From NCBI GenBank assembly GCA_963753975.1, contig CAVWEH010000002.1, forward strand, positions 480,001-544,000: a stretch of 64,000 nucleotides of DNA, given 5' to 3'. The stretch comes from an uncultured delta proteobacterium. GTDB lineage: Bacteria; Desulfobacterota; Syntrophia; Syntrophales; Smithellaceae. Below the pieces are notes generated by a model. That model was given only the letters and a program-made list of their open reading frames with translations. It was not told the origin of the DNA and did no database searches. A program made the position numbers and the translations under genes. Shown here one piece after another: positions 63,699 through 64,000 of the stretch. Numbering within the stretch: position 1 is the first letter of the stretch; each line of letters opens with the position of its first letter.

Positions 63699-64000
63699 GA
63701 AATACACCCCCTATTTAATATCAATCCATATCTCTTGTATGCCGATTCGCACGTCCGACTCCGACTGCTGGCTCTATCGTCGCCAGCCGCCGCAGTCGGG
63801 CTATTTTCAGTATTTCACACACTTTATTTTTTATAAAAAATCCTACTCACCGTTACCCTCGCCGTGCCATTCTTGAGACATAATCAACAAAAAAAGACGC
63901 AAAAGATCGCAAAAGCGTATTTCTTTACGGCTTAATAAAGTGCTGATTAAATTGTTAAATTGTGATTTGTCTAAAAAACAAGAAAGGTGAGGCGGCAGCC

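Larger units (their letters stand above)
56652..64000. mobile_element. Integrated rolling-circle element (inovirus/plasmid-like) at tRNA-Met, extends past window
   Basis: Integrase, excisionase, RHH regulator, cargo and HUH Rep directly after the tRNA; AT-rich; distal att not seen. Confidence 0.8.

Noticed and set aside
63556..63876. 106-aa plus-strand ORF and the many short antisense ORFs over housekeeping genes
   Set aside because: Antisense or alternate-frame shadows of well-supported genes, with no motifs

Overview
Low-to-moderate GC bacterial chromosome segment. Gene order and protein families suggest Desulfobacterota, Syntrophales/Smithella-like (inference). Many genes, mostly in the first ~31 kb, are split by single-base indels, most likely assembly errors. 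Layout: (1) 1-16.4 kb glycan biosynthesis/tailoring cluster (GT2, two WbpB/WbpD-like sets, two DegT aminotransferases, four SAM methyltransferases, DUF354, deacetylase, AsnB-type amidotransferase); (2) a TMTC-like GT-C/TPR gene converging on an MSHA-like type IV pilin and a pilM(N)-O-P-Q-exeA-pilB-pilC locus with a membrane-anchored sigma-54 activator (16.5-29.8 kb); (3) tRNA-Gly/Cys and a housekeeping block (pgsA, fsa, folK, dapBA, argHGFDB, hslUV, xerC, miaB) with REP-like palindromes and a MITE; (4) a three-cassette integron array with no integrase in the window, between miaB and rsmA; (5) rsmA, tsaD, nadB, purB, a hemolysin III gene and a VCBS protein; (6) from tRNA-Met to the window end, an integrated element. 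Its tyrosine integrase reads into the tRNA, and it also carries an excisionase, an RHH regulator, an HUH rolling-circle Rep, and cargo modules separated by diverged copies of a ~40-75 bp sequence, one of which lies just downstream of rep. This repeat-punctuated cargo array is the best candidate for an undescribed system.
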